Shown here: positions 1-11,335 of the stretch, piece after piece
Layout of the letters: each line of letters opens with the position of its first letter
Numbering within the stretch: position 1 is the first letter of the stretch
Assembly (NCBI RefSeq): GCF_036588685.1
Contig: NC_086373.1
Coordinates: 112,096,001 to 112,160,000, forward strand
DNA from: Mytilus trossulus
Taxonomy: Eukaryota
Direction: 5' to 3'
DNA length: 64,000 bases
Notes under the pieces: model-generated
The model's database searches: none
Seen by the model: only the letters and a program-made list of their open reading frames with translations
Told to the model about the DNA's origin: nothing
Position numbers and translations under genes: made by a program

Positions 1-32
1 TCGACAGATTGTAGATAACATACTAGTAATAT

Positions 33-1310
33 TTAGTTAGCTTTTAATCTACTGATAATAAAATCAATATTTATACCAATTAAAACAATATTCAATGATC
101 TTATTACAGTGTTGAATAGGTAACCTTTTAGAATAAGTTTATCTAAAGGAGTGACAAGTTAACATGGATCATTTCTAAATTTCCGGGCACGGTTAACAAC
201 ATTTCCGTAAAAATGAGGATGTGCTATCCCGTTTGAAATAATACAGGTACAACCAAACTTCAAAACCAAATCTTTATAACTATGGAAAAATTTAGTAAAG
301 GTTTTAAGTAATTTATGGTAAAGATATCCCTGGTTTAATAATTTACCAGTAATAGGTTGCGTTCATTAAAATCAAAAACGTCACAACAGACACGGCATAG
401 CGAACAAGCTGTGAAATATAAACACTGTAAGATGGTGCCAAAAGAACATCACCATCTAAAAATGGAAAAATGAAAAATTGACAATAAGGAACGAAAAATC
501 GTCTCTTTTGTCGTAAATTTTAGTGTGGAGTTTCCCGTTTAAAACCGAAATATCTAAATCCAGGAAAGGACAGTTATTACCGAATACTTTTGATTTATTT
601 AAAGTAAGTTCCTTGGGGTAAATTTCAGCAGTATATTGAGAAAATTCTTGATTATTTAACGAAAAAATATCATCAAGATAACGGTAAGTGTTGTTGAATT
701 TATCAATTAAATGCAATTTTGACGGGTCTTTACTGAGTTTAGTCATAAACTGTGATTCGTAACAGTACAAAAACAAGTCTGCTATTAAAGGGGTACAATT
801 AGTGCCCATGGGGATACCTACAACCTGTCGATAAACTTTGTTGCCGAAACGTAAATAAATATTATCAGGGAGAAAATTAACAGCTTCAATCATCTCATCA
901 CACCTCCAGTAAGTATATCTATCATATTTACCTTTCTCATTAGAGAAGAAGGCTTTAAATGAGTTGCAAAAAAATATATCTACATTCAGCTTTACCAAAC
1001 GACCATTTAATTAAATAGGAAAACTGTTGTTTAATAAGATAGTGAGGAAGTGTAATGTAAAGAGTAGAAAAATAAAATCTATTAACAGAATCAAAGGGAC
1101 CATCAAAAGCCCGCAATTTATCTAAAACATCCAAAGAGTTTTTTACACTCCAAAAATGGTTTATACCACTATGTTCATATATTTTATTACAACATTTATG
1201 ATAAGCTCTTTAATAGTAGTTAATGAACTAGTTAAGAGCACTGACAGATTAGTTGTAGAACACTTAATACTAGAGGCTGAGATGAAACGATATAATATTT
1301 AAATGTTTTT
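33..1310 (-). mobile_element. Degenerate Penelope-like retroelement reverse transcriptase fragment (Naiad-like), in a PARS2 intron
   Basis: ORF 456-998 has GIPMGTNCTPLIADLFLY, YRYLDDI, FLDLDI and KIYDKRDDFSF. Frameshifted flanks read YRFISASS...FWSVKNS upstream and FPFLDGDVLLAPSYSVYISQLVRY...ISRLKAN* downstream (stop at 33-35). No C-terminal GIY-YIG is seen. Confidence 0.85.
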
Positions 1311-1348
1311 TTGTGTAGTTGTAAGCATGTTATTTATTGAAATATTAC

Positions 1349-1421
1349 CTTTCATTTCAAATTCTCTACTTCTTAAAAGGCCATGCCTAGGATGCATCTC
1401 ATCTCTAAATTTTCTGGATAT
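1349..1421 (-). CDS. PARS2: Mitochondrial prolyl-tRNA synthetase, coding exon 5 (ISRKFRDEMHPRHGLLRSREFEMK; class II motif 2); gene continues beyond the left edge
   Basis: tttacAG acceptor, GTAATA donor, 73 nt; FRDE-x-x-PR-x-GLLR-x-REF-x-MK is the ProRS motif 2 signature. Confidence 0.93.
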
Positions 1422-1714
1422 CTGTAAAGAGTAGATTATACATCATAACCTTAATAGCAATAGTCTACATAATGCAGAGGTCAAATGATATTTAGTTTAA
1501 AATCTTCATTAAATCTTCAGGTTTTAAGTCTAAGGACCATAGCTGTGCACAGAATGATTAAAATCGGGAAAAAATAGAACTTGATCTGTAACTTGTCATG
1601 ATAGAACTATTTACCAATCACCAAATTACCAAATCACCAAAAAAACTTATTATTTGAGTGAAATTTCCAGGACCATAACTTGATTTGTTTATTGTCATGA
1701 TTAAACAATACACG

Positions 1715-1770
1715 ACTGACTGACTAACTGACTGACTAACTGACTGACTGACTAACTGACTGACTGACTG
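1715..1770. repeat. (GACT)n microsatellite within a decayed non-autonomous element
   Basis: Directly visible GACT/AACT tetramer run. Confidence 0.8.
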
Positions 1771-2164
1771 AATAATTGTTGAAGGGTGATATCTTCTATG
1801 AGGATTCAACTGACAATTAGGAACATACATGTATTGACCTATTGTATATTTTGTTTTGCTGATTATTTTTGCAGCTTTAAAGTTTTTCTCTATCTGTTAT
1901 ATTTTCAAGATCTTACCTAAAAACATAAAAAGGATAAAAGGGAAACAACTCTTATAGAGAATGACAATAAATTGCTTTATCAGAGGTTGGTTTTCTTCTT
2001 TAAATTTTGTCATCTCTTTATCATAAATATTATGGTTTTCAAGATGATAAATTCAATGCATTATGAAAACTCAAACAGTAATAATTCAGTAGACCTGATA
2101 TAATCTGACTGGTAATTATTGTATGATAAATAGTTCCCCATCTTTGAATACTACTAAAGATTAC

Positions 2165-2248
2165 CTGATATAATCTGACTGGTAATTTTTTATACGATAA
2201 ATTATTCCCCATTTTTGATATCAAATCTGTCACCAATTCTTCATGTGT
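2165..2248 (-). CDS. PARS2: PARS2 coding exon 4 (THEELVTDLISKMGNNLSYKKLPVRLYQ)
   Basis: tttttAG acceptor, GTAATC donor, 84 nt, phase 0/0; completes LGP|THEE and SYKxLP-x-x-LYQ motifs. Confidence 0.93.
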
Positions 2249-2402
2249 CTAAAAATAGAAATTATACATTTTATTTAATTCTTCATTAATCTAGAAATAT
2301 CATTTTGGCTCAAACTGTAAGATATATAGATTAGATTGTTAAAGTCTTTTTTGCATTAGTATTAGTACTCTTGGTGAAAAACTTTATCTTCACGTTATGT
2401 AC

Positions 2403-2710
2403 AAAATTGAGAATGGGAATGGGGAATGTAACATAGCAACAACAACCTGACCAATAAGGCCACCAATGGGTCTTCAATGCAGCGGGAAACTCCCCCAACC
2501 GGAGGCGTCCTTCAGCTGGACCCTAAACAAATATGCATACTAGTTCAGTGATAATGGACGTCATACTAAACTCCGAATTATACACAAGAAACTAAAATTC
2601 AAAATCATACAAGACTAACAAAGGCCAGAGGCTCCAGGCGCAAAATTGCAGATGGGTTAAACATGTTTTTAGAGACCTCAACCCTCCCCCTATACCTCTA
2701 GCCAATATAG
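2403..2710. mobile_element. Dispersed SINE-like repeat (aattgagaatggaaatggggaatg...cagctggcccctaaac family)
   Basis: Related copies at ~16290-16370, ~40448-40570, 56436-56818 (inverted) and ~60362-60480. Confidence 0.7.
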
Positions 2711-3789
2711 GAAAACAAACGCACATTAATATGCAATCTTTAATGACCTGACAACTATTGTAAATATATCCTATCTTAATAAGTCTGTTTAAAGGTTTTG
2801 CTAGTTTTTGTGGTGAATACTGACATTTCTGTGCTTTGTAAAGAATATTACAATGAAAAATTGGATGTGAAATATACATTTCTGAAAATTAAAAATTCTT
2901 CCAACTTATATATTTTCTTGAATGTCACATACATGTATACCAGGTACTTAGATGCAAAGATGTATCATAATCTAGTTCAGTGTAGGCTGAAAATTTGCTA
3001 CTTTGAGCCAGTCCCTTTCTTGTTAACTGATATGTGACACAGAGTTTAAATGAACCTTATCACCTCACATATTATATTGTCTAACAGCATTATAAACCCA
3101 AAATGATGTACTTAATTTGGTTGTGAGATCACCTAGAATTCTATTTTTCATTTTATTTCTTGTTCATTGGAGAAAAACTATAAATTTTATAAAAATTCAA
3201 TAATTATTAAAGCTTATATAATAGTGCATACATTGCAATCTTCTATGATGGACATATTAAAGGGAAATATTTCCTACATACAAAAAGTTCATCAGAGCTT
3301 GTATTCCACTTCATCCAAGACATGTTGATATTTTAGTTCTTTAGAAAAGAAATATTATATTTATTGTTTTATACAAGTAAAATAATACAGATGTACTCAA
3401 ACTATAAAATTAAATCCCTCTAACAAAGATCTGATCAGTATCTTACAGTTTGTCTAGGTCAGGTATATTACTGCCATTTAAATATTTAATTAAATACCTG
3501 AAACAGGTATGCACATATCCTAATTAACTTCGTTGTTAATGTACATTTGAGGACACAGTGAAGGACATTTAGTTGCAATAACTGATTTAACTTTTGTCAT
3601 CAACAACATCAACAGGTAAATACAAAAATGTAATTAAAGTGCAAGTGTAATTTGACTTTAGAAACTATAGATATTTATTTGTAGTGCTGAAGTTTTCCTG
3701 TTAACACTACAAAGCAATTAAAATGATAATGAGACAAGAATACTTTAATGGTCAGTGATTGATTGTTTTTACATCCACTAAAAAATATT

Positions 3790-4380
3790 TCATGCATGTG
3801 CAGATAATCCCAATTGTGCACTTAAAATTAAAATTCTAATGCAATTATTTTGTAACAATTGTTCTGATTGGATGGCAGCAAGCGTAAAATTCTCTATCTC
3901 CTTGTCTGTAACTAAGGAAGCCGACATTTTGAATTTCGGAATGTATTGGCATGTTATTTCTACAATAATAAACAAAAAACTCACTTGTTGCGCCTAAAAA
4001 AATTCTTTTTATCAAATTTTATTACATTCTGAAGCGGCACAGAAGCCAGAAAACGCCCGGTGTTTATGTTTGACGCCGGAAGCATACCTATGGCGTCACC
4101 TAGTGTAGGGACCAAAGAAGATAACATCTTTTCGCGGAATTTTCTTTAATGAAGATTTTATACTGAAATAATGAATGAAATTTTATTATAAACTTGTTTT
4201 GCATTAGAATAGAGATAACTGTATTGTATTTGAAGCTTTTCGGACGTCCATCGGTAGTTTTACTGTCGCAAATACCCGTTTACCTGTCTCCGCTCCGCGT
4301 CGCCAGGTAAACTAAATTTGCGACAGTAAAACTACCGATGGACGTCCTCAAAGCTTCAAATACAATACAGTTATCTCTTA
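3790..4380. mobile_element. Non-autonomous DNA element with a long terminal hairpin (4211-4378), possibly Crypton-like
   Basis: agagataactgtattgtatttgaagcttt...cggtagttttactgtcgcaaat is mirrored by atttgcgacagtaaaactaccg...aaagcttcaaatacaatacagttatctct. Left boundary is approximate; superfamily is inference. Confidence 0.55.
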
Positions 4381-5140
4381 AATAACATGCATTGTATTCA
4401 GTAAAAATATAAAACCTCCATGTTCATAAAACTAGATTGTGCAGATAAATCATGTAGGATGTTCAATATATGTTATTCTTCACAAGTATGAATATTCACA
4501 ACATAAGACACAATTTTTGAACTGAAAATCATGCTTGGATTGATTTCCTTAAAACTTTAAACAATTGTTGAGATTGATAAAAGGAAGCTCTAATATTTTT
4601 TTTTACTTTCTGTTTTTCCGTTTCAGAATTACGACACTTTAATTGTGAAGTTAATTTTGCAAATGCTGTACCATAACTTGAGTTTGCATGAAGTAAAATC
4701 ACAAAAAGTAATTAACTCCAAGGAAAAACAAAACAAAAAGTCCCTAATCAAATGATAAAAAAAAAAAATTCCAACACATCAAACAAATTGATAACAACTG
4801 TCATATTCCTAGTGTGGTACAGTCATTTTCATATGTAGAAAATGATGAATTAAACCTGGTTTAAAAGCTAGCTAAACCTCTCACTTGTATGACATTGACA
4901 TTGAATTAATTTACTGACAACTTTACATAATTGACACGACCTATATAGCAGTATCCTCTTCATTGTTTTTGTACAGGGCTATTTTAATTGCTTCTCAGTT
5001 TTGCAGTTCTTTTTTTTTGCTATTTTCTGTGTAAGAAGTGAAAAATGGGGAAAATTAAACATCTGCCAATATTTCAAAGATTCAAAGGATGAGGACCATA
5101 AATGAATCTATACCAAGTTTATGAACAGTGTCAATTTATA

Positions 5141-6176
5141 ACAAGAGTGCACACGCTGAAATGTCTTGCCTTCTTTACTATATCATTGATATTATGTTTA
5201 TAGTCCTAAATATAAAGCTTTATTACAACTGTCACATAAACTTAACATTTACCACAAAAACTAAAAATTTATCAATGAACCATGAAAATGAGGTCAAGGT
5301 CAAATGAACCATGTCAGGCAGACATGTACAGATAGAAATTCTTCCATACAACAAATATAGTTGACATATTGCTTATAGTAAGAAAAACAGACCAAAACAT
5401 AAAAACTTAACACTGAGCAAAGAACCGTGAAAATGAGGTCAAGGTCAAATTAAGTCTGAGCGACTGACATATAGATCATTAAATATTTCCATACAACAAC
5501 TATAGTTGTCTTATTGCATATAGTGTTAGATAATAAGACCAAAACTCAAAAACTTAACTTTGACCACTGAGTTACCATGAAAATGAGGTCAAGGTCAGAT
5601 GACACCTACCAGCTAGACATGTACACCTTACAATCATTCCATACACCAAATTAGGAAGACCTATAGCAAACAGTATATGAAAAACAGACAAAAACACAAA
5701 AACATAACTATAACCACTGAAGCATAAAAGTGAGGTCAAGGTCAGATGACACCTACCAGTTGGACATGTACACCTTATAGTTATTCTATACACCAAATAT
5801 AGTAGACCTATTGCTTATAGTATCTGAGATATGGACTTGACCACCAAAACTTAACCTTGTTCACTTATCCATGAAATGAGGTTGAGGTCAAGTAAAAACT
5901 GTCTGACAGGCTTAAGGACCTTGCAAGGTACACACATATCAAATATAGTTATCCTATTACTTTAAGTAGTCACTGAACCATGAAAATTAGGTCAAGGACA
6001 TTGGACATGTGACTGACAGAAACTTCATAACATGAGGCATCAATATACAAAGTATGAAGCATCCAGGTCTTCTACCTTCCTAAATATAAAGCTTTTAAGA
6101 TGTTAGTTAACGCCGCCGCCAGATCACTTTCCCTATGTCGAGCTTTCTGCAACAAAAGTTGCAGGCTTGACAAAAA
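5141..6176. mobile_element. Non-autonomous Helentron-type element (HINE/pearl-like) carrying ~150-bp internal tandem repeats (BIV160-like)
   Basis: Begins acaagagtgcacacgctgaaatgtc; repeated catgaaaatgaggtcaaggtca units; ends in hairpin ctgcaacaaaagttgcag followed by an A-run. Related decayed units at ~62100-62480. Confidence 0.7.
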
Positions 6177-6309
6177 GGAATTTATAATCTTTATTTATAG
6201 ATGATTGGTAGTATCAAACTATAAATTCATTACGGTTGAACTTTAATGAGTCATATTGAGCAAGCAACAAACGTGACAGTAAGGTTAAAAACACATTATA
6301 ATCCCTTTT

Positions 6310-6560
6310 GATAGTTATCAAAGGTACCTGGGTTATATTTTAGTATGTCAGATGCACGTTTCCTCTACATGAGACTCATCAGTGATGCTCAGATCAAAAC
6401 ATTTATAAAGCCAAACAATTAAAAAGTTGAAGAGCATTGAGGATCCAAAATTCCGAAAAGTTGTGCCAAATACGGCTAAGGTAATCTATTCGTGGGATAA
6501 GAAAATCTTTATTTTTTCGAAAAATTTAAAAGTTTTGTAACAGGAACTTTATAAAAAATG
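6310..6560 (-). mobile_element. Retrozyme-like repeat with type I hammerhead ribozyme core (6345-6390)
   Basis: Minus strand reads CTGATGA-GTCT-CATGT-AGAG-GAAA-C-GTGCATCTGACATAC; canonical CUGAUGA and GAAA boxes, with a mismatch at the base of stem II. Confidence 0.7.
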
Positions 6561-7170
6561 ATAACCACATTATATCTTCTACATAGATTAGCATGATCAA
6601 AAGAGCCTTAATCTTGCTACCCTAATTATTTGAGACAATAACTTCCTGTTAATCATTTTAATGTTTTATTTTTACTTTAAAAATTTGTAAGGGACATATC
6701 CTTAGTATAGCATATAAATTCTATTGTAATAAAAATTCATAATATCTAATAAAATGTGTAGATAATTAGCTAACAAAGTCCTTATATTTGTATAAAGTAA
6801 CATTCATTTATAGTGGAAAATTGTTTTAAAGTTAAATAAGCTACAGTTAAAAATTGCGTGCTAGTCCCTCTCTGTGATTAATATTAGATAACTCTGGTTA
6901 ATTTCCAAATCAATCTATCATGAAGGGGAGATAAATAATTCAACAACAAATAAAAGTTTTTAACAACCTTGACCGACTTTCATTTATAGTGTTTTTCAAA
7001 AATATTGAACGGTTCTTCATACTGGTATGTTATCATTTTAAACGTTTCAAATTTTTAAAATTATATTCGTACATCAATGTTTTTGATACACCAATAACAA
7101 AAACTGAAATATATTGAATTGATACATTTTGTAATTATTCAAAATTATATCAGAAACCTATACTTTATAA

Positions 7171-7458
7171 TGCCTCGTTCACACTTACATTTAATTCGAA
7201 TTGAATTGAATCTAATGCGAATCAAATTCGCTAATCGTGTTCACACACTCTTCTTTTTTAATTCGAATTGATTCGAATTGACATACGCTTTTGTTAATAT
7301 GTATTAAAAGTTAAGTCGTTTGGGCAGTAAAGCAAATTTGATGCGCATTGCAATTGGAATTAGAATTGACGTTAGGACGTAAAACCTTTCAAATGCAAAT
7401 TAAACTAATTTCTAATTAGTTAATGCCAATCGAATTCGAATTACGTGTGAACTCAGCA
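7171..7458. mobile_element. PIF/Harbinger-like MITE
   Basis: Imperfect TIRs TGCCTCGTTCACAC / GTGTGAACTCAGCA, flanked by TAA and TTA; internal attcgaatt motifs. Confidence 0.65.
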
Positions 7459-8264
7459 TTAAAAAATAATGAACTTGTTAAAGGGAGACAATACTCGAAT
7501 AACTTTTTTTTCGAATCGGCACATAATACAAAGGAATGTCACTCTTGCATACAATTTGCACATCAATATAATTAATTAACTGTGCATTCGTGCTCCACCT
7601 TCAATGAAGATTCTAAATTATAAATATTACCAAAAGTTGTTTATCTATAGGATAGTGAAGACTAATTAAAGCTAATCCACTGTTAAAAATATTTCTTTGA
7701 AATTTTTCAAAACTTTCTCAGAAAAATTCGCGAGCCACTTGACTTTCATAGCTCATAATTAACATTTTTACACAATATTTTAATAAAGTAGTTAAATATT
7801 ATTTTCTTCTCAAAGTGTAAGACGCAAAAAAATCCCATGCTTGCATCATCTTACCCAAATACAGATTTAATTAAGTCCTGAACATTTCGACATTTGTTTG
7901 TTTATTTTTATCACTACCGGTTTTTTAACAAATCATTAGTACATGTTAAGATCCAACTAAATACCTATATCCCGATATCGTCAGGTAAATATGCTACATA
8001 TCCCCCCACCCCCACCCCCACCCCCTCACTCAAATTCAACTTCAAAACGTTGCAAATTAGGAATATGTTGGCAGATGGAGAAATAAAGACAGTTTACGAC
8101 ATTGGCTTGAAATATATAGCAGCTTTCCATTGTTGAAGACAGTTCAGTTTTACCTGTAGATTCCTTTATTGTGTTTAGTGTTATTTGTTTTCTTTTATTA
8201 TTCACTACCAATTGAGACCTTGTCATCATGGTTGGATAACTTACTTATTGTATATGTTCAGGTA

Positions 8265-9950
8265 ATGGCATCCAGTAAACCTATACCATGTGGACCTTGT
8301 CAAAAAGGAAAAGTAAACACTAAAGCTGACATCTGGTGTTACAACTGTGATGAAGGATTATGTTCAACATGTTCTGGTCATCATAAAAGATCCAATGGAA
8401 CACGTGATCATAAGACTATTGATATCAAAAGTTATAAACCCTCCATCCAAGCTATCAATACAGAATGTGACATACACAGTCAACAACTCAAAAGGTACTG
8501 TCCTAGTCATTTAATGCCTTGCTGTGATCAATGTATTTCCACTAATCATTCAAAATGTACAGAAATAGAAAGTTTAGTTGGTGTTGTGGAAAAAACCAAT
8601 ACTGACCAATCAAAACAATCATTAGAGAAACAAATTAACTCAATCAATAATTTTCTGGAAAAATTAGTTACTAACAAATCTAAAAACATAGCAAGAGGTG
8701 AACGAGAATATGAAAGCATACAAGATTTCGTTGTTAAAATTCGAAAGGAAATGAATAGTCATTTAACCCGCCTAGAGAAGAAGTTATGCAATGAGGCAGA
8801 AACTATCTTAAACCAGGTAAAATCAGAAGCATCAGATTTCATTACTGATATTAAAGGAAAACAGAAAAACTTAAAGAAAATGCAAGACCAATTACATGCA
8901 GTATTACCACATGCCTCAAAACTCCAATCATTTCTAAGTGTTCATCAGATTGAACAACAAGTACATCAATGTCAGCGATATGTTGACGATCTGGAAGATG
9001 ATGAGAGGGCAAAAGAATTTAGCATCAAAATGAAACAAAATGATGAAATATCAAAGATATTGAAGAAATCAGAATCACTAGAATCTTTAGGAGAAATAAT
9101 GGTTGTTAAAACAGAAACAGACTTGACTATAGAAACAAGCCTGAGGAGGAAAGCACAAGTAGAATCACGAGAACAATCCAACATAAACAACATGACCATG
9201 AATATAGAGACAAAGATAGAGATCAACATGGAATCAGAGAAGTATATCAATGACATGATTTGTCTGATGGATGGCAGAGTTATAGTTGTGGGAATGAAAG
9301 GGAAAGTTAATCTACTTACTTGTGATGGCAAACTACAGAAACAGTTACCTATACCTGGTAAAGCCTACTGTGTCACACAGATCAATCAGAACACTATAGC
9401 CATAACTTATCCTAAGGAGAAAGCCATAAAGATTATCAATATGGAGAATAAAACAGTTACCAAAGTTATCACATTAGACAAACAATGCTATGGTTTATCA
9501 TTCTCTAATTCTCTGGCTGTAGGTTTAAGTAATGATGAAATCCGTATTATAGACTTGGAAGGAAATACACCGAAGTCAATACCAGTTGAGAGTGAATCAG
9601 ACCTGAAGAACCTTGTTTACTGTAATGACAGAGTAATCTATAGTGACTATCATGGAAATGCAGTAAACTGTGTGGATGAATCAGGTAAACAGATCTGGAG
9701 ATATACACAGGATTTAACAGGACCAAGAGGACTTTGTATAGATACTTATGGTAACATCATTGTAGCAGACCATGAATCTGATAGAATAATAGTAATATCA
9801 AAAGATGGACAGAATAGTAAAGTACTGATTGGTGAAGAGGATGGACTGGTGGAGCCTCAGTGTATTTGTTTTACACAAAATGAGTCTTCAGGTTTTATAT
9901 GTGATTTCAATGGCACATACTTGGCAAAATTCAATTTATCTGTGGGATAA
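8265..9950 (+). CDS. RING-less TRIM-like protein, 561 aa (B-box1, B-box2, coiled coil, NHL-like beta-propeller), single coding exon, nested antisense in PARS2 intron
   Basis: CGPC...CYNCDEGLCSTCSGHH...DH and CDIH...YCPSHLMPCCDQCISTNHSKC B-boxes; heptad-rich middle; GPRGLCIDTYGNIIVAD NHL repeat. ATG at 8265 follows a ttcAG acceptor (8261), so the ORF-track start at 8169 is intronic. Confidence 0.9.
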   Translation: MASSKPIPCGPCQKGKVNTKADIWCYNCDEGLCSTCSGHHKRSNGTRDHKTIDIKSYKPSIQAINTECDIHSQQLKRYCPSHLMPCCDQCISTNHSKCTEIESLVGVVEKTNTDQSKQSLEKQINSINNFLEKLVTNKSKNIARGEREYESIQDFVVKIRKEMNSHLTRLEKKLCNEAETILNQVKSEASDFITDIKGKQKNLKKMQDQLHAVLPHASKLQSFLSVHQIEQQVHQCQRYVDDLEDDERAKEFSIKMKQNDEISKILKKSESLESLGEIMVVKTETDLTIETSLRRKAQVESREQSNINNMTMNIETKIEINMESEKYINDMICLMDGRVIVVGMKGKVNLLTCDGKLQKQLPIPGKAYCVTQINQNTIAITYPKEKAIKIINMENKTVTKVITLDKQCYGLSFSNSLAVGLSNDEIRIIDLEGNTPKSIPVESESDLKNLVYCNDRVIYSDYHGNAVNCVDESGKQIWRYTQDLTGPRGLCIDTYGNIIVADHESDRIIVISKDGQNSKVLIGEEDGLVEPQCICFTQNESSGFICDFNGTYLAKFNLSVG

Positions 9951-10267
9951 AATACACACTGGGGATTCAAAGGATATTACTTTTCTATGAATCTGCAACA
10001 AATTATATATTTATACAACTAGAATAGCAAATCTTTAGTAGCAGTAGATTTAGGTTCTGTGTGTTTTGGTCACAATATAGAACAAAATTTCATGTGTACA
10101 ATAAATATAGTTTAAATGAAAATTAGAAAATATTTTAGATCAATCAAATATTTTTTTGTTTGTTTCACAAATGACATGAATGAATCATAAACTAAATATT
10201 ACTTTTTGAAATGGCCAGAAAAATGAAATGAAATATATTTGCATATATATGGATAATTTAATTCAAA

Positions 10268-10400
10268 AGATATTACTGACATAACTTGTCTGATGGATGG
10301 AAGAGTTATAGTAGTGGAAGAGTTTGGTGAAGTTAACCTACTTACTTCTGATGGCAAACTACAGAAAAAACTACCTATACCTGGTGGAGCCTGGAGTGTT
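10268..10400 (+). pseudogene. Fragment of a paralogous TRIM-like gene (first propeller blade), truncated by a MITE-like insertion at ~10401
   Basis: ITDITCLMDGRVIVVEEFGEVNLLTSDGKLQKKLPIPGGAWSV aligns with INDMICLMDGRVIVVGMKGKVNLLTCDGKLQKQLPIPGKAYCV (~9247-9375). Confidence 0.8.
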
Positions 10401-10582
10401 GGGCTTAAATTAAAATATTGTTTGTTTGCAGTTTACCGACCTACCCTTGAAAATCCTCCTGACTGTGAAAATTTTATTGCTTTAAATTTGAACATTTTTT
10501 TTTAATACCTCTATTGATGCGATCCAGAACTTTGGGTCCTATCCGGAAATGATTTAAAGTTTGGGTCAATTACAGCAGATCC

Positions 10583-10760
10583 CAAATGGCAAATGTCGGA
10601 TTTGATGGTAGCTTACAAGAAAAACATGTAAATCACAAATGGCAAATGTCGGATTTGATGGTAGCTTACAAGAAAAACATGTAAATCACAAATGGCAAAT
10701 GTCGGATTTGATGGTAGCTTACAAGAAAAACATGTAAATCACAAATGGCAAATGTTGGGT
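10583..10760. repeat. 53-bp tandem repeat, ~3.3 copies
   Basis: caaatggcaaatgtcggatttgatggtagcttacaagaaaaacatgtaaatca repeated. Confidence 0.9.
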
Positions 10761-11163
10761 TTGAGGGTTAAAAGAATTGAACACATTTTTTCTAGCGGTA
10801 ATTTCTGATATATTTGATGCAAGCTACATATTCATGTTTGACAGCTTTACCTAACAGGGATTAAAAAAGAATAGCCACACTTTCGGCATACCTACCCTCG
10901 CCTCATTTTTTTTATTGACCGTCTTTGTTCTGTTATCTATCTATTATTGTTCTATTCAAAATAATTATAGAAGCCATAGATTTGTTATAAATTTACACAT
11001 GGCTAACGCTCAAGATAAAATTCGAATATCAAGGCCAAGGCCATGTGTAAATTTCCAACAAATCTATGGCTTCCATGAATTATTTCTTAATCATATATTA
11101 TATGTTTATAATCTGTACATATTTACACCTGTCACTATAATAAATAATTTACCTACTTACTTA

Positions 11164-11335
11164 CTGTAAATTCATAAATTATTGCGTGCATTTATTATTA
11201 TTTTTTACGATTTTGAGAAAAATCCAGTTTAATTCATATTAAATGTTTCAAAATGCGAGTTTAAATTATTGCGTTTACAACTCTGTCGCATTTTTTGCAA
11301 TAATAAAATCCTCGCAATAATTTATGAATTTTCAG
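11164..11335. mobile_element. Tc1/mariner-type MITE (TA TSD)
   Basis: TA|CTGTAAATTCATAAATTATTGCG...CGCAATAATTTATGAATTTTCAG|TA; a related copy lies at 39076-39277. Confidence 0.75.

Noticed and set aside
8169-8264. Hydrophobic N-terminal extension or signal peptide on the TRIM-like protein
   Set aside because: Non-ATG start in T-rich sequence ending in a ttcAG acceptor just before the true ATG at 8265.
8972-9331. Antisense ORFs inside the TRIM, transposase and OB-fold genes
   Set aside because: Shadow frames of genuine CDSs with no independent motifs.
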